DNA of 32,000 bases from Halorhodospira halophila SL1 (GCF_000015585.1 NC_008789.1:1110001-1142000); one strand, 5' to 3'; numbered from the stretch's first letter, positions 15,586 to 25,827 are shown. Numbers and translations: made by a program. The notes: generated by a model not told the origin, from the letters alone.

Positions 15586-17592
15586 TCAGCCGAGGACGCG
15601 CCGACCCGCAGTGGCGACGTTGTCCGCGGTCAGGCCGAAGTGCTCGTAGAGCTCGGGCCCCGGCGCCGATTCGCCGAAGGTGTCGATGCCAACCACCAGG
15701 CCACACTGGCCGACCCAGCCCTGCCACAGGCCGGTGGCGCCGGCCTCGACGGCCACCCGCGGCACGTCACCGGGCAGGACCTGCTGCCGGTAGGCCTCGT
15801 CCTGCTCACAGAACGCCTCGACACACGGCATGGAGACCACGCGCACCGCGCGCCCCTCGGCCTCGAGCTGCTCGCGGGCCGCCATGGCCAGATCCACCTC
15901 GGAGCCCGTGGCCAGGATCACCAGTTCGGGCTTGCCGGAACCGGCCTCCTTGAGGATGTAGCCACCACGGGAGATGGACCGGACTTGCTCGCCGTTGCGC
16001 TGCTGCGGCTCCATGCCCTGGCGCGACAGCGCCAGCATGCTCGGGCCGTCCTCGCGGGCGATGGACGCCGCCCAGGCCGCAGCCGTCTCCTGGGCGTCGC
16101 ACGGGCGCCAGACGTGCAGGTTGGGGATCAGGCGCAGGCTGGCCAGCTGTTCGATCGGCTGGTGGGTGGGGCCGTCCTCGCCCAGGCCGATGGAGTCGTG
16201 GGTGTAGACCATCACCACCCGCTGCTTCATCAGCGCGGCCATGCGCACAGCGTTGCGCGCGTAGTCGGAGAAGATCAGGAAGGTGCCGCCGTAGGGGATG
16301 AACCCGCCGTGCAGGGCGACGCCGTTCATGATCGCCGTCATCCCGAACTCGCGGACACCGTAGAAGACGTAGTTGCCGTCGGCCTGCGCTTGGCTGACCG
16401 TCGAGCAGCCGTCCCACCAGGTGTTGTTGGAGCCGGTCAGGTCGGCAGAGCCACCCAGCAGCTCGGGCAAGTGCGGGCCGAAGTGGCCGAGCACCGCCTG
16501 GGAGCTCTTGCGAGTGGCGTCCTTCTTGCCGCCGGCGAACTTCTCCAGGCCCTCGGCGACCAGCTCCTGCCAGTTGCCCGGCAGCTCGCCGCGCATCCGC
16601 CGCTCCAGCTCATCGGCCAGCTCGGGGTGTTCCTTGCGGTACGCCTCAAGGCGCTCGCCCCAGGCCTGCAGGAGTTCCTCGCCCCGGCCGCGACCATCCC
16701 ACGCCTGGTAGTGCGCGTCGGGGATCTCGAACGGACCGTGCTCCCAGCCGAGCTCCTTGCGACAGGCCGCGATCTCCTCCTCGCCCAGCGGCGCACCGTG
16801 CACGCCGGCGGTACCGCACTGATTCGGCGCACCGAAGCCGATCACCGTCTTGCAGTCGATCAGCGTGGGACGGCTGGTGTCGGCGCGCGCCTGCTCAATG
16901 GCCTGGCGCACGGCCTCGCCGTCGTGGCCGTCGATGGGACCGATCACCTGCCAGCCGTAGGCCTCGAAGCGCTGACGGACGTCCTCGGTGTACCAGCCCT
17001 CGACGTTGCCGTCGATGGAGATGCTGTTGTCGTCATAGAAGGCGATCAGCTTGCCCAGGCCGAGAGTGCCGGCCAGCGAGCAGGCCTCGTGGGAGACCCC
17101 CTCCATCAGGCAGCCGTCGCCCATGAAGACGTAGGTGTAGTGGTCGATGATCTCGTGACCAGGGCGGTTGAAGCGCGCCGCCAGCATCCGCTCGGCCAGC
17201 GCCATGCCGACGCTGTTGGCCAACCCCTGGCCCAGCGGCCCGGTGGTGGTCTCGACGCCGGGGGTGTAGCCGTACTCCGGGTGGCCCGGCGTGCGCGAGT
17301 GCAGCTGCCGGAAGTTCTTGAGGTCGTCGACGGAGACGTCGTAACCGCTCAGATGGAGCAGTGCGTACTGCAACATCGAACCGTGGCCATTGGAGAGGAC
17401 AAAGCGGTCGCGGTCGAACCAGCCCGGCCTCTGCGGCGCATGGCGCAGGTAGTCCCGCCACAGCACCTCGGCGATATCCGCCATGCCCATCGGCGCCCCG
17501 GGATGGCCGGAATTGGCCTTCTGGACAGCGTCCATGGCCAGGGCGCGAATGCCGTTGGCGAGCTCTCGTCGGCTCAGTTCGGTCGACGCCAT
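15586..17592 (-). CDS. tkt: Transketolase
   Basis: Track ORF, 668 aa, ATG with a [49 protein letters not shown]. Confidence 0.96.
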   Translation of the reverse strand: MASTELSRRELANGIRALAMDAVQKANSGHPGAPMGMADIAEVLWRDYLRHAPQRPGWFDRDRFVLSNGHGSMLQYALLHLSGYDVSVDDLKNFRQLHSRTPGHPEYGYTPGVETTTGPLGQGLANSVGMALAERMLAARFNRPGHEIIDHYTYVFMGDGCLMEGVSHEACSLAGTLGLGKLIAFYDDNSISIDGNVEGWYTEDVRQRFEAYGWQVIGPIDGHDGEAVRQAIEQARADTSRPTLIDCKTVIGFGAPNQCGTAGVHGAPLGEEEIAACRKELGWEHGPFEIPDAHYQAWDGRGRGEELLQAWGERLEAYRKEHPELADELERRMRGELPGNWQELVAEGLEKFAGGKKDATRKSSQAVLGHFGPHLPELLGGSADLTGSNNTWWDGCSTVSQAQADGNYVFYGVREFGMTAIMNGVALHGGFIPYGGTFLIFSDYARNAVRMAALMKQRVVMVYTHDSIGLGEDGPTHQPIEQLASLRLIPNLHVWRPCDAQETAAAWAASIAREDGPSMLALSRQGMEPQQRNGEQVRSISRGGYILKEAGSGKPELVILATGSEVDLAMAAREQLEAEGRAVRVVSMPCVEAFCEQDEAYRQQVLPGDVPRVAVEAGATGLWQGWVGQCGLVVGIDTFGESAPGPELYEHFGLTADNVATAGRRVLG

Positions 17593-17721
17593 GTTCTACC
17601 TCCCTCAATGGAATATTGTTCTGATGCGGCCCAGGTCGAGCTTGCCGCCATACTGCCCCGAAACTCTACGGATCGCGACCGGTCGGCAAAAGCAAACCGT
17701 TCTGATGGTCCGAATAAGGCG

Positions 17722-20067
17722 CTACCGGGTCAGCTGGGCAAAGACCGCCGGCAGACGCTCCGGCAGGCGCTCGACCTGCTCGACCACCGAGTACCCGTTG
17801 GCCCCGAAGATCCGTGACACGTAGGCGTCCGCATCCCGGTCCAGGGTCAGGCAGTAGCTGGTGACTCCCCGGGCGGACAGCTCCTCGGCGGCCTTGCGGG
17901 CATCGTGGCGCAGGTACTGCGGATCACGCACATCGACGTCGTGGGGCTCTCCGTCGGTGACAATCAGCAACAGCTTGCGTCGCTGCGGTTGGCGGACCAA
18001 GTGGGCCCCGGCGTGGCGCATTGCCGCGCCCATGCGAGTCGAGTACTGCCCGCGCATGCCGGCCAGGCGGGACTTCGCCTCTTCGCCCCACGGCTGATGG
18101 AAGTCCTTGAACCGGTAATACTGCACATCGTGCCGACCGTCCGAAGAGAAGCCGTGCACGGCGAAGGGGTCACCGATGCCGTTGATGGCCCAGCCGAGCA
18201 ACGACGTGGCCTCCCGGGTCAACTCGATGACGGTCTTCTCGCTACCGCCCATCGGGTCGTTGGTGGACTCGGAGAGGTCGAGCAGCAGCAGCACCGAGAG
18301 ATCCCGCGTCTTGCGGATATACCGGGTGTTGATGCGCGGATCCGGGCTCATGCCCAGGCGCAGATCCACCATGGAGCGCACCGCCGCGTCGATGTCCAGC
18401 TCGTCGCCGTCCTCCTGCCGCCGCTCGCGGATCACTCCCTGGGGCTGCAGGGCGTCGATGAGATAGCGCAGCCGACTGGCCACCGGGCGGTAGTCCTTGA
18501 GGACCTGATCCATGACCTCGGGGTCGCCGCGTTTCGGACGGCGCTCGACCACCGTGACCCAGTCGGGGCGATTGAGCTGGACCTGGTAATCCCACTCCGG
18601 GTAGTGGAACGGCGGGCTGACCGGCTCCACCCCTTCCATCTCGTTGTAGCTCACCCCGTAGTCCTCGTAGGGGAAGAGCTCCGTGCCGAGGACCCAGACC
18701 TCCTGGGCGTCGTCGCCGGCGAGCTCGCAATCGACCTCGTTGACGAACTCCATCAGGTTGACCTGGCGGCGCACCTGACGGTGGCTGGCCGGGACATATT
18801 CGGCCTCGAGCCACTCGTCCTCGTCGCTGGCGAAGAGATAGCGATTGTCATCGCGGTAGGGAACGGCGACCCGCTCCAGGACCCGGGCCGAAGGCATGGA
18901 ATAGCGCTGGGCCAGGCTGTTGTGCAGCTCCATGCCCAACTCCCAGGAGAGCCCCACATCCCGTGGCCGATCCGCGAAGTGGTAGGCGAAGAGTTCGCGG
19001 ACCTGCTGCACCCAGGGATCCTCGTCGGCGTACTCCGGGTCGATGAGGGCGTGGGCGGCCCGTTCCAGGCGCTCGACCACCGGGTCCGGGTCCTCGCCGG
19101 CGCGCTCCCTGGCCCGGGCCTGGTGGAAGGGCTGCCAGAGTCGCTGCAGCCCCGGAAACTCGTGGATGGCCAGCGCCTCGATCCGGGCATCCTCGATCAG
19201 ACCGATCACGGCCATCTGCGCCGGATTGAGCATCTCCGGCGACAAGGGCTCCGTGGTGTAGAACAGGTGCGCGGCGGCGTGGGCGGCCGCGGCTCGGTAG
19301 AGCTCCTTGCCGGGCAGTCCGTGGTAATCGTCGTAGGCATCGGGCAGGTGGATCACCCGCTGCTCGATGAACGGCTTGTACCCCTCGCGGGTCTCGAAGT
19401 CGCCCGAGGTCGGGCGCATGAAGAAGTCACGCGCCCACAGGGCCCGCAGATAGAAGTTGAGTTTGCGCTGGTTGTCCACCAGCAGGGTGCCGCGGCGCTC
19501 CTGCTGGAGCATCGCCTGGCTGTCGGCGGTCTGCAGGCCAAAGTAACCCCGCTGCTGCTCGAAGTCGCGGGCGTGGGCCTGGGCCCCCCACAGCGCCCAG
19601 CGTCGGAATCCGCCGAGGGTCAGCTTGGTGAAGAGCTCGTCGAGGTTCTCGAGCATCGGCCGCAGGCCGCGCGGGGCCTTGGCCGAGAGCTGATGGACCA
19701 GGTTGAGGAACTGGCGCAGCAAGTCCGGATCGCCGAGCCGCCGCGCGGCCGTGGGCAGCCCGGCCAGCAGCAGGGCGATCACCTGGCCGCTGACCATGGA
19801 GGAGAGCTTCATGGCGGCGGTGACCACCTCGGGCAGGACGTCCTCACCGACCTCCTTGGCCACCGCCGGCATCGCCTCCAGATAACCGATGACCAGGTCG
19901 GCACCGCGGCCGAGTTCGGCCAGGGCCCGCGCACCCTCCAGGTAGTTGTGCAACCCCCGCGGCGACATCACCCGCGACGCCTCGGCGAAGCTCGCCTCCA
20001 GGGTCTCGGCGATCCGCGGATCCGCCGCCACCAGGGTCTCGCGGTAGTCCTCGAGACGCACCGTCAT
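17722..20067 (-). CDS. cbbO: RuBisCO activase adaptor CbbO (VWA-domain protein, NorD-like)
   Basis: Track ORF 17722..20082 starts on GTG. ATG 20067 (MTVRLEDY) has GGGAG 6 nt upstream. The C-terminal VWA domain carries the MIDAS motif LLLDLSESTN. It lies directly downstream of cbbQ. Confidence 0.92.
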   Translation of the reverse strand: MTVRLEDYRETLVAADPRIAETLEASFAEASRVMSPRGLHNYLEGARALAELGRGADLVIGYLEAMPAVAKEVGEDVLPEVVTAAMKLSSMVSGQVIALLLAGLPTAARRLGDPDLLRQFLNLVHQLSAKAPRGLRPMLENLDELFTKLTLGGFRRWALWGAQAHARDFEQQRGYFGLQTADSQAMLQQERRGTLLVDNQRKLNFYLRALWARDFFMRPTSGDFETREGYKPFIEQRVIHLPDAYDDYHGLPGKELYRAAAAHAAAHLFYTTEPLSPEMLNPAQMAVIGLIEDARIEALAIHEFPGLQRLWQPFHQARARERAGEDPDPVVERLERAAHALIDPEYADEDPWVQQVRELFAYHFADRPRDVGLSWELGMELHNSLAQRYSMPSARVLERVAVPYRDDNRYLFASDEDEWLEAEYVPASHRQVRRQVNLMEFVNEVDCELAGDDAQEVWVLGTELFPYEDYGVSYNEMEGVEPVSPPFHYPEWDYQVQLNRPDWVTVVERRPKRGDPEVMDQVLKDYRPVASRLRYLIDALQPQGVIRERRQEDGDELDIDAAVRSMVDLRLGMSPDPRINTRYIRKTRDLSVLLLLDLSESTNDPMGGSEKTVIELTREATSLLGWAINGIGDPFAVHGFSSDGRHDVQYYRFKDFHQPWGEEAKSRLAGMRGQYSTRMGAAMRHAGAHLVRQPQRRKLLLIVTDGEPHDVDVRDPQYLRHDARKAAEELSARGVTSYCLTLDRDADAYVSRIFGANGYSVVEQVERLPERLPAVFAQLTR

Positions 20068-20107
20068 CGCAATCTCCCGCACTGCCCCCGGGTGATCACC
20101 CGGCTGT

Positions 20108-20914
20108 TCAGAAGTAGGTCGCCACCGCCTGATCCAGCGTCTCGCGCATGTCCGGATCGTCGGTCAGCGGCCGGACCAGCGACATGGTGCAGGCCGAGCG
20201 CGGCTCGATGCCCTTGGCGATGAGGTTGCCGGCGTAGACCAGCAGGCGCGTGGAGATCCCCTCATCGAGCCCGTGACCTTTAAGGTTGCGGGCGCGGTGG
20301 GCGATCTGCACCAGCTTGTCGGCCACGTCGCTATCGACGCCGGACTCGTGGGCGACGATCTCCGCCTCGGCGGCGGCCTCCGGGTAGTCGAAGTCCAGGG
20401 CCCCGAAGCGCTGCTTGGTGGACTGCTTCAGGTCCTTCATCAACGACTGGTAGCCGGGGTTGTAGGAGATCACCAGGTGGAAATCGGAGTGGGCGTGCAC
20501 CAGCTCGCCCTTCTTCTCCAGCGGCAGGGTGCGCCGGTGGTCGGTGAGCGGGTGGATCACCACGGTGGTGTCCTGGCGCGCCTCGACCACCTCGTCGAGG
20601 TAGCAGATGGCGCCGATGCGTGCCGCGGTGGTCAGCGGCCCGTCCTGCCAGCGGGTCCCGTTGGCATCGAGCAGGTAGCGCCCGACCAGATCGGCGGCGG
20701 TCATGTCCTCGTTACACGCCACCGTGACCAAGGGACGCCCCAGCTTCCAGGCCATGTACTCGACAAAGCGCGACTTACCACAGCCGGTCGGCCCCTTCAG
20801 CATGACGGGCATGCGGGCCTGATAGGCAGCCTCGTAGAGGTCGACCTCGTCGGTCACCGGCCGGTAGTACGGCGCTTCCGTGACGCGATACTGGTCTACA
20901 TCGTGCTCGGTCAT
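20108..20914 (-). CDS. cbbQ: RuBisCO activase CbbQ (MoxR-class AAA+ ATPase)
   Basis: Track ORF, 268 aa. Walker A GPTGCGKS, Walker B ICYLDEV. Typical CbbQ length and C-terminus. GGAGGGG RBS. Confidence 0.95.
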   Translation of the reverse strand: MTEHDVDQYRVTEAPYYRPVTDEVDLYEAAYQARMPVMLKGPTGCGKSRFVEYMAWKLGRPLVTVACNEDMTAADLVGRYLLDANGTRWQDGPLTTAARIGAICYLDEVVEARQDTTVVIHPLTDHRRTLPLEKKGELVHAHSDFHLVISYNPGYQSLMKDLKQSTKQRFGALDFDYPEAAAEAEIVAHESGVDSDVADKLVQIAHRARNLKGHGLDEGISTRLLVYAGNLIAKGIEPRSACTMSLVRPLTDDPDMRETLDQAVATYF

Positions 20915-21043
20915 CGCCCCTCCGCTCGGGTACTGGCTTTTCGGATAGTGACCGGGCCGCGCCCCGTGCGGGGTGCGTTGTCCATCCCTCCGTGGACGAA
21001 CCCGGACACCATGCGAAAAGCGGTGGCTGAATCAGCCGCCGGT

Positions 21044-21075
21044 GCCGCCGCCCGCCCCGAGGAGCGGGCGGCGGC
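21044..21075 (-). other. Strong GC hairpin in the 178-nt cbbS-cbbQ spacer (12-bp perfect stem)
   Basis: gccgccgcccgc (21044..21055) pairs with gcgggcggcggc (21064..21075), with an 8-nt loop. It begins 18 nt after the cbbS stop on the transcript. No U-tract follows. Confidence 0.5.
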
Positions 21076-21092
21076 CCGGGACCGCGTCACCG

Positions 21093-21452
21093 CTAGGCGT
21101 CGATGGGCCCCCGATAGATCACCATCGCCGTGCCCTGCGTCTGCCGGTAGTTGTCGTAACCGATCAGGCGCACGTGGTGCTCCGGGTGCGCCTTATGGCA
21201 CGCCTCGGCCTCCTTGAGGATGGCGTCCACATCGGTCTCCCCGAACATCGGCAGCTTCCACATGTACCAGTAGTGGTCGAAGGCGTTTTCCGGCTCGGTG
21301 TGCTCGATAGCCGGGTTCCAGCCCTGGTCGACGATGTACTGGACCTGCTTGCGGACGTCGGCGTCGCTCATCTCCGGCAGGTAGGAGAAGGTCTCGAAGC
21401 GACGGCTGTTCGGATCGGACAGCTTGGAGTTGTAATCCTGGATCTCACTCAT
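21093..21452 (-). CDS. cbbS: RuBisCO small subunit
   Basis: Track ORF, 119 aa. FETFSYLP...[13 protein letters not shown]...[11 protein letters not shown]. Lies 19 nt downstream of cbbL. Confidence 0.96.
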   Translation of the reverse strand: MSEIQDYNSKLSDPNSRRFETFSYLPEMSDADVRKQVQYIVDQGWNPAIEHTEPENAFDHYWYMWKLPMFGETDVDAILKEAEACHKAHPEHHVRLIGYDNYRQTQGTAMVIYRGPIDA

Positions 21453-21471
21453 TGCTCAGTCTCCTTCCCCT

Positions 21472-22893
21472 TTACCGGTGCGCCGTGTCCAGCTTGTCCA
21501 CGGTGTCGAACTCGAACTTGATCTCCTTCCAGGTCTCCATGGCGGCCTTGAGCTCGGGGCTCGACTTGGCGGCCTCGGTGAGGATCTCCTTGCCCTCCTT
21601 CTCGAGCTCACGCCCCTCGTTGCGCGCCTTGACGCAGGCCTCCAGGGCCACGCGGTTGGCCGCAGCGCCGGCGGCATTGCCCCACGGGTGGCCCAGCGTG
21701 CCGCCACCGAACTGGAAGACCGCGTCGTCGCCGAAGATCGACAGCAGCGCCGGCATGTGCCAGACGTGGATGCCGCCGGAGGCGACGGCGAAGGCCCCGG
21801 GCATCGCACCCCAGTCCTGGTCGAAGAACAGGCCGCGGGAGCGGTCCTCCTCGATGTAGGGCTTGCGCAGCAGATCGATCCAGCCCAGCGTCGACTGGCG
21901 GTCGCCCTCGAGCTTGCCGACCACCGTGCCGGTGTGCAGCTGGTCGCCGCCCATCAGGCGCAGGATCTTGGTCAGGACCCGGAAGTGGATGCCGTGGTTC
22001 GGGTTGCGGTCGAGCACGGCGTGCATGGCGCGGTGGATGTGCAGCAGCATGCCGTTGTCCCGGCACCAGTTGGCCAGGCCCTGGTGGGCGCAGAAGCCGG
22101 CGGTAATGTAGTCGTGCATGATGATCGGTGCGCCCAGCTCCTTGGCGAACTCGGCACGCTTGTACATCTCCTCCGGCGTCGGGGCGGTGACGTTGAGGTA
22201 GTGGCCCTTGCGCTCGCCGGTCTCCTCCTCGGCCTTCTGGATCGCCTCCATGACGAACTCGAAGCGATCCCGCCAGCGCATGAACGGCTGGGAGTTAACG
22301 TTCTCGTCGTCCTTGGTGAAGTCGAGACCGCCGCGCAGGCACTCGTAGACGGCACGGCCGTAGTTCTTGGCGGAGAGGCCGAGCTTCGGCTTGATGGTGC
22401 AGCCGAGCAGCGGGCGGCCGTACTTGTTCATCTTGTCCCGCTCGACCTGGATGCCGTTCGGCGGCCCGGGGCAGGTCATCACAAAGTGCAGCGGGAAGCG
22501 CACATCTTCCAGGCGCAGGGCGCGCACGGCCTTGAAACCGAAGACGTTGCCCACCAGAGAGGTGAACACGTTAACAATCGAACCCTCTTCGAAGAGGTCG
22601 ATGGGGTAAGCGATGAAGGCGTAGAAGGCCTCGTCGTCGCCCGGCACGTCCTCGACCTTGTAGGCGCGGCCCTTATAGTGCTCCAGGTCGGTGAGCAGGT
22701 CGGTCCAGACCGTGGTCCAGGTGCCGGTAGAGGACTCGGCCGCGACCGCAGCGGCAGCCTCCTCGCGGTCTACGCCGGGCTGCGGCGTCACCTTGAACAC
22801 GGCCAACAGGTCGCTATCCTTGATCTTGTAATCGGGCTCCCAGTAGGTCTCCCGATAGTCCTTGACGCCCGCGGTGTACGTCTTGCTAGCCAT
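21472..22893 (-). CDS. cbbL: RuBisCO large subunit, form IA
   Basis: Track ORF 21472..22908. ATG 22893 ([18 protein letters not shown]) has a [68 protein letters not shown]. Confidence 0.97.
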   Translation of the reverse strand: MASKTYTAGVKDYRETYWEPDYKIKDSDLLAVFKVTPQPGVDREEAAAAVAAESSTGTWTTVWTDLLTDLEHYKGRAYKVEDVPGDDEAFYAFIAYPIDLFEEGSIVNVFTSLVGNVFGFKAVRALRLEDVRFPLHFVMTCPGPPNGIQVERDKMNKYGRPLLGCTIKPKLGLSAKNYGRAVYECLRGGLDFTKDDENVNSQPFMRWRDRFEFVMEAIQKAEEETGERKGHYLNVTAPTPEEMYKRAEFAKELGAPIIMHDYITAGFCAHQGLANWCRDNGMLLHIHRAMHAVLDRNPNHGIHFRVLTKILRLMGGDQLHTGTVVGKLEGDRQSTLGWIDLLRKPYIEEDRSRGLFFDQDWGAMPGAFAVASGGIHVWHMPALLSIFGDDAVFQFGGGTLGHPWGNAAGAAANRVALEACVKARNEGRELEKEGKEILTEAAKSSPELKAAMETWKEIKFEFDTVDKLDTAHR

Positions 22894-23091
22894 CGATCCT
22901 CTCCTCAAGCGTTTCTGCTTTTAAGTCCAAACACGCCCCCGGGGCCTTCCCTGCAGCGCCGGTCCTTCTCGATGCCCCTTGCGGCATGTCTCGTGACAGC
23001 ATAGCCTTGCCACTCAAGAAGAAAAAGAAATTGTTTTTGCTATTTGGATAAGCTTTCAATTATTAACAAGCCGAGGGGGAGGCCCAGGAGG
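22894..23091. promoter_or_regulatory. Divergent cbbL / cbbR control region (expected CbbR operator and both promoters)
   Basis: This is the only markedly AT-rich block in the window (aagaagaaaaagaaattgtttttgctatttggataagctttcaattattaacaag). It contains the dyad ATAA-N8-TTAT at 23048..23063. The cbbR-cbbL divergent architecture is the classical CbbR-regulated arrangement. The exact sites are not resolved by eye. Confidence 0.6.
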
Positions 23092-24048
23092 ATGAACATC
23101 ACACTACGGCAGCTACAGGTGTTCGAGTCTGTAGCCCGACACCTCAGTTTCACGCGCGCCGCCGAGGAGCTCTATCTCACGCAACCGGCGGTCTCCATGC
23201 AGATCAAACAGCTCGAGCAACAGGTCGGGCTGCCACTGTTCGAGCAGATCGGTAAACGAATCTACCTCACCGAGGCGGGGGAGGAGGTGCGGCGCTATGC
23301 TCAACGCATCTCCGCCGAGCTGCGCGAGCTTGCCGACGGCCTCGAGGCCCTGCGCGGGCTCAACAGCGGGCGCCTGCGGCTGACGGTGGCCTCGACCGCC
23401 AACTACTTCGCCACCGATCTGCTCGCCGCCTTCACCCGGCGCCAGCCGGGCGTGACCTTCCAGCTGGAGGTCACCAACCGGGAGGGAGTCATCCGCCGCA
23501 TCCAAGACAACGAAATGGATCTGGCCGTCATGGGCCGCCCCCCCGAGGGGCTGGACGTCGCCGCCGAGGCCTTCATGCCCAACCCGCTGGTGATCATCGC
23601 CGCGCCAGACCACCCGCTGGCCGACGGTTCACCGATTCCGCTCGAGCGCCTGCAGGACGAACTCTTCGTGCTCCGCGAGCAGGGTTCGGGCACCCGCAAC
23701 GCCGTACAGCGCGTGCTCGAGGAGCGCGGCATGAACCTGCGCGGCGGGCTGGAGATGAGCTCCAACGAGGCCATCAAACAGTCGGTACAGGCCGGACTCG
23801 GCCTCGGCGTCGTCTCGATCCACACGGTGGCCCTGGAGCTGGAGCTGGGCCGCCTACGCGTGCTCAACGTGGAGGGCTTCCCCCTGGAGCGGCAGTGGTA
23901 CCTGGTACACCGCTCGGGCAAGCGCCTGTCGCCGGCCGCCGAGGCATTCCGCCAGTTCATCCTCGACGAGGCCCACCGGCACTGGCAGGTCCCCGAGACC
24001 CCGGGCGTCGCGCCCCCGCAGGAACCACCGCTGCAGGCCGTTCCGTGA
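23092..24048 (+). CDS. cbbR: LysR-family transcriptional activator of cbb genes
   Basis: Track ORF 23044..24048 starts on TTG. ATG 23092 (MNITLRQLQVFESVARHLSFTRAAEELYLTQPAVSMQIKQLE) has a CAGGAGG RBS. It has an HTH plus a LysR substrate domain and is divergent from cbbL. Confidence 0.93.
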   Translation: MNITLRQLQVFESVARHLSFTRAAEELYLTQPAVSMQIKQLEQQVGLPLFEQIGKRIYLTEAGEEVRRYAQRISAELRELADGLEALRGLNSGRLRLTVASTANYFATDLLAAFTRRQPGVTFQLEVTNREGVIRRIQDNEMDLAVMGRPPEGLDVAAEAFMPNPLVIIAAPDHPLADGSPIPLERLQDELFVLREQGSGTRNAVQRVLEERGMNLRGGLEMSSNEAIKQSVQAGLGLGVVSIHTVALELELGRLRVLNVEGFPLERQWYLVHRSGKRLSPAAEAFRQFILDEAHRHWQVPETPGVAPPQEPPLQAVP

Positions 24049-24146
24049 GCCCGTTTATTCCAATAATCATCAATCCTTAGTTCCCCACGGGGCGCCCCGG
24101 CCTTAGGTTGCCGTGGCGCCCTGGGTTCAAGCCGGGAGGAGTACCC

Positions 24147-24827
24147 ATGAACAAGCCGTGGATCGCACCGTCCATCCTGTCCGCCGACTTCGCCCGCCTG
24201 GGCGATGAGGTCAACGCCGTGCTCCAGGCCGGCGCCGACGTCATCCACTTCGACGTCATGGACAACCACTACGTCCCCAACCTGACCATCGGCCCGCTGG
24301 TCTGCCAGGCGCTGCGCGATCACGGCATCACCGCGCCCATCGACGTGCACCTGATGATCAAGCCGGTGGACCGAATCATCCCGGACTTCGCCGCGGCCGG
24401 TGCCGACTGGATCACCTTCCACCCGGAGGCCAGCGAGCACGTCGACCGCTCCCTGAGCCTGATCCGCGAGCACGGCTGCAAGGCCGGCCTGGTGTTCAAC
24501 CCGGCCACGCCGCTCGATTGCCTGCGCTATGTCGCGGACAAGGTCGACATGGTGCTGCTGATGTCGGTCAACCCCGGCTTCGGGGGGCAGAAGTTCATCC
24601 CCGGAACCGTCGACAAGATCCGCGAAGCCCGGCGACTGATCGACGAGCTGAACCCCGGGGCCCGTCTCGAGGTCGACGGCGGGATCAAGGCCGAGAACAT
24701 CCGTCAGGTGGCCGAGGCCGGCGCAGACACCTTCGTGGCCGGCTCGGCGGTCTTTGGCGCCGACGATTACGGCCAGGCCATTGCCGATATGCGCAAGGAG
24801 CTCGAGGCTGCGCACCGCGCCGGCTGA
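24147..24827 (+). CDS. rpe: Ribulose-phosphate 3-epimerase
   Basis: Inner ATG of track ORF 24108..24827 ([19 protein letters not shown]), [34 protein letters not shown]. Confidence 0.95.
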   Translation: MNKPWIAPSILSADFARLGDEVNAVLQAGADVIHFDVMDNHYVPNLTIGPLVCQALRDHGITAPIDVHLMIKPVDRIIPDFAAAGADWITFHPEASEHVDRSLSLIREHGCKAGLVFNPATPLDCLRYVADKVDMVLLMSVNPGFGGQKFIPGTVDKIREARRLIDELNPGARLEVDGGIKAENIRQVAEAGADTFVAGSAVFGADDYGQAIADMRKELEAAHRAG

Positions 24828-24874
24828 GCTCGCGTCCAAGGGAATCTTCAGTAAGCGAGCAAGAGGGTCAAGCC

Positions 24875-25762
24875 ATGTCCGAGAAGCATCCCATCATCGC
24901 GGTCACAGGCTCCTCCGGGGCAGGGACCAGCACCGTCAAGAACGCCTTCGAGCACATCTTCCGCCGTGAGCAGGTCACCCCGGTGGTGATCGAGGGCGAC
25001 GCCTTCCACCGCTTCAACCGCCAGGAGATGCGTGACCAGCTGGCCCGAGCCGCCGAGGAGGGACGCAACCTGAGCCACTTCGGGCCCGAGGCCAACGTCT
25101 TCGGTGAACTCGAGAACTCCTTCCACCGCTACGGCCAGGAAGGGATCTGTCGGCGCCGCAAGTATCTCCACAGCGACGAGGAGGCGGAGCCCTACGGCCT
25201 GCAGCCCGGCGAGTTCACCGACTGGGAGGACGCCGGCCAGGACAGCGACCTGCTGTTCTACGAGGGGCTGCACGGCGGCGTGGTGACCGAGGAGCACAAC
25301 GTCGCACAGCACGTGGACCTGCTCGTCGGCGTGGTGCCCATCGTCAACCTGGAGTGGATCCAGAAGATCCACCGCGACGGCGCCGAGCGCGGCTACACGG
25401 CGGAGAAAACCGTGGACACCATCCTGCGGCGCATGCCGGACTACGTGAACTACGTTACGCCGCAGTTCTCGCGGACGGACATCAACTTCCAGCGCGTACC
25501 CACGGTGGACACCTCCAACCCGTTCATTGCCCGGGACGTGCCGACACCGGACGAGTCCTTCACGGTGATCCGCTTCCGTCAGCCGGAGCGCTTCGGGATC
25601 GACTTCCCGTACCTGCTGAACATGATCCCGGACTCGTTCATGTCCCGGCGCAACACCATGGTGGTCCCCGGCGGGAAGACCGGCTTCGCCATGGAGCTGA
25701 TCATGACGCCGATCATCCACGAGTTTGTCGAGCGCAGCCGCAAGCTCAAGGGCACCCGTTAG
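24875..25762 (+). CDS. prk: Phosphoribulokinase
   Basis: Inner ATG of track ORF 24518..25762, whose upstream part is Arg/Gly-rich junk overlapping rpe. MSEKHPIIAVTGSSGAGTSTVKNAFEHIF P-loop. Bacterial PRK length (295 aa). Confidence 0.95.
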   Translation: MSEKHPIIAVTGSSGAGTSTVKNAFEHIFRREQVTPVVIEGDAFHRFNRQEMRDQLARAAEEGRNLSHFGPEANVFGELENSFHRYGQEGICRRRKYLHSDEEAEPYGLQPGEFTDWEDAGQDSDLLFYEGLHGGVVTEEHNVAQHVDLLVGVVPIVNLEWIQKIHRDGAERGYTAEKTVDTILRRMPDYVNYVTPQFSRTDINFQRVPTVDTSNPFIARDVPTPDESFTVIRFRQPERFGIDFPYLLNMIPDSFMSRRNTMVVPGGKTGFAMELIMTPIIHEFVERSRKLKGTR

Positions 25763-25790
25763 ACGGTAGCAGCCCACCTCAATGAAGCAA

Positions 25791-25827
25791 AAAGAGGGGG
25801 GTGCCACCGCGTGGCACCCCCCTCTTT
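25791..25827. terminator. Bidirectional intrinsic terminator between prk and the convergent lipoprotein gene
   Basis: 17-bp perfect stem: aaagaggggggtgccac (25791..25807), loop cgc, gtggcacccccctcttt (25811..25827). An A-run lies on the left and a T-run on the right, giving a U-tail in both orientations (CUCUUUUUGCUU for the minus-strand transcript). Confidence 0.85.

Noticed and set aside
14359-17817. 1152-aa plus-strand ORF spanning the whole of pgk and tkt. Similar giants lie at 312..2705, 5094..6941, 6973..8364, 8382..10781, 10832..12406, 12452..14644, 17905..20223, 21478..23004, 23403..24839, 24848..25807, 26330..27286, 27582..29771 and 30999..31934.
   Set aside because: All lie antisense to genes with unmistakable enzyme motifs. 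Their products are low-complexity Arg/Gly/Ala/Pro/His/Val-rich strings with no recognisable domains. Long stop-free antisense frames are the expected by-product of strong GC3 bias. Several cross gene boundaries and spacers, which real genes would not.
20108-20914. The MoxR AAA+ protein plus VWA protein pair (cbbQ/cbbO) as a possible novel defence or stress module.
   Set aside because: Their position immediately downstream of cbbLS, their typical CbbQ and CbbO lengths and their motifs identify them as the known RuBisCO activase pair.
24518-24874. N-terminal extensions offered by the ORF track: prk from 24518, ubiT from 2876, maoC from 30825, cbbR from 23044, rpe from 24108, pyk from 14356, cbbL from 22908 and cbbO from 20082.
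   Set aside because: The extensions begin at non-ATG codons and overlap the neighbouring gene or spacer. They encode Arg/Gly/Pro-rich sequence. In each case an internal ATG preceded by a GGAG-type RBS starts exactly where homology to the family begins.
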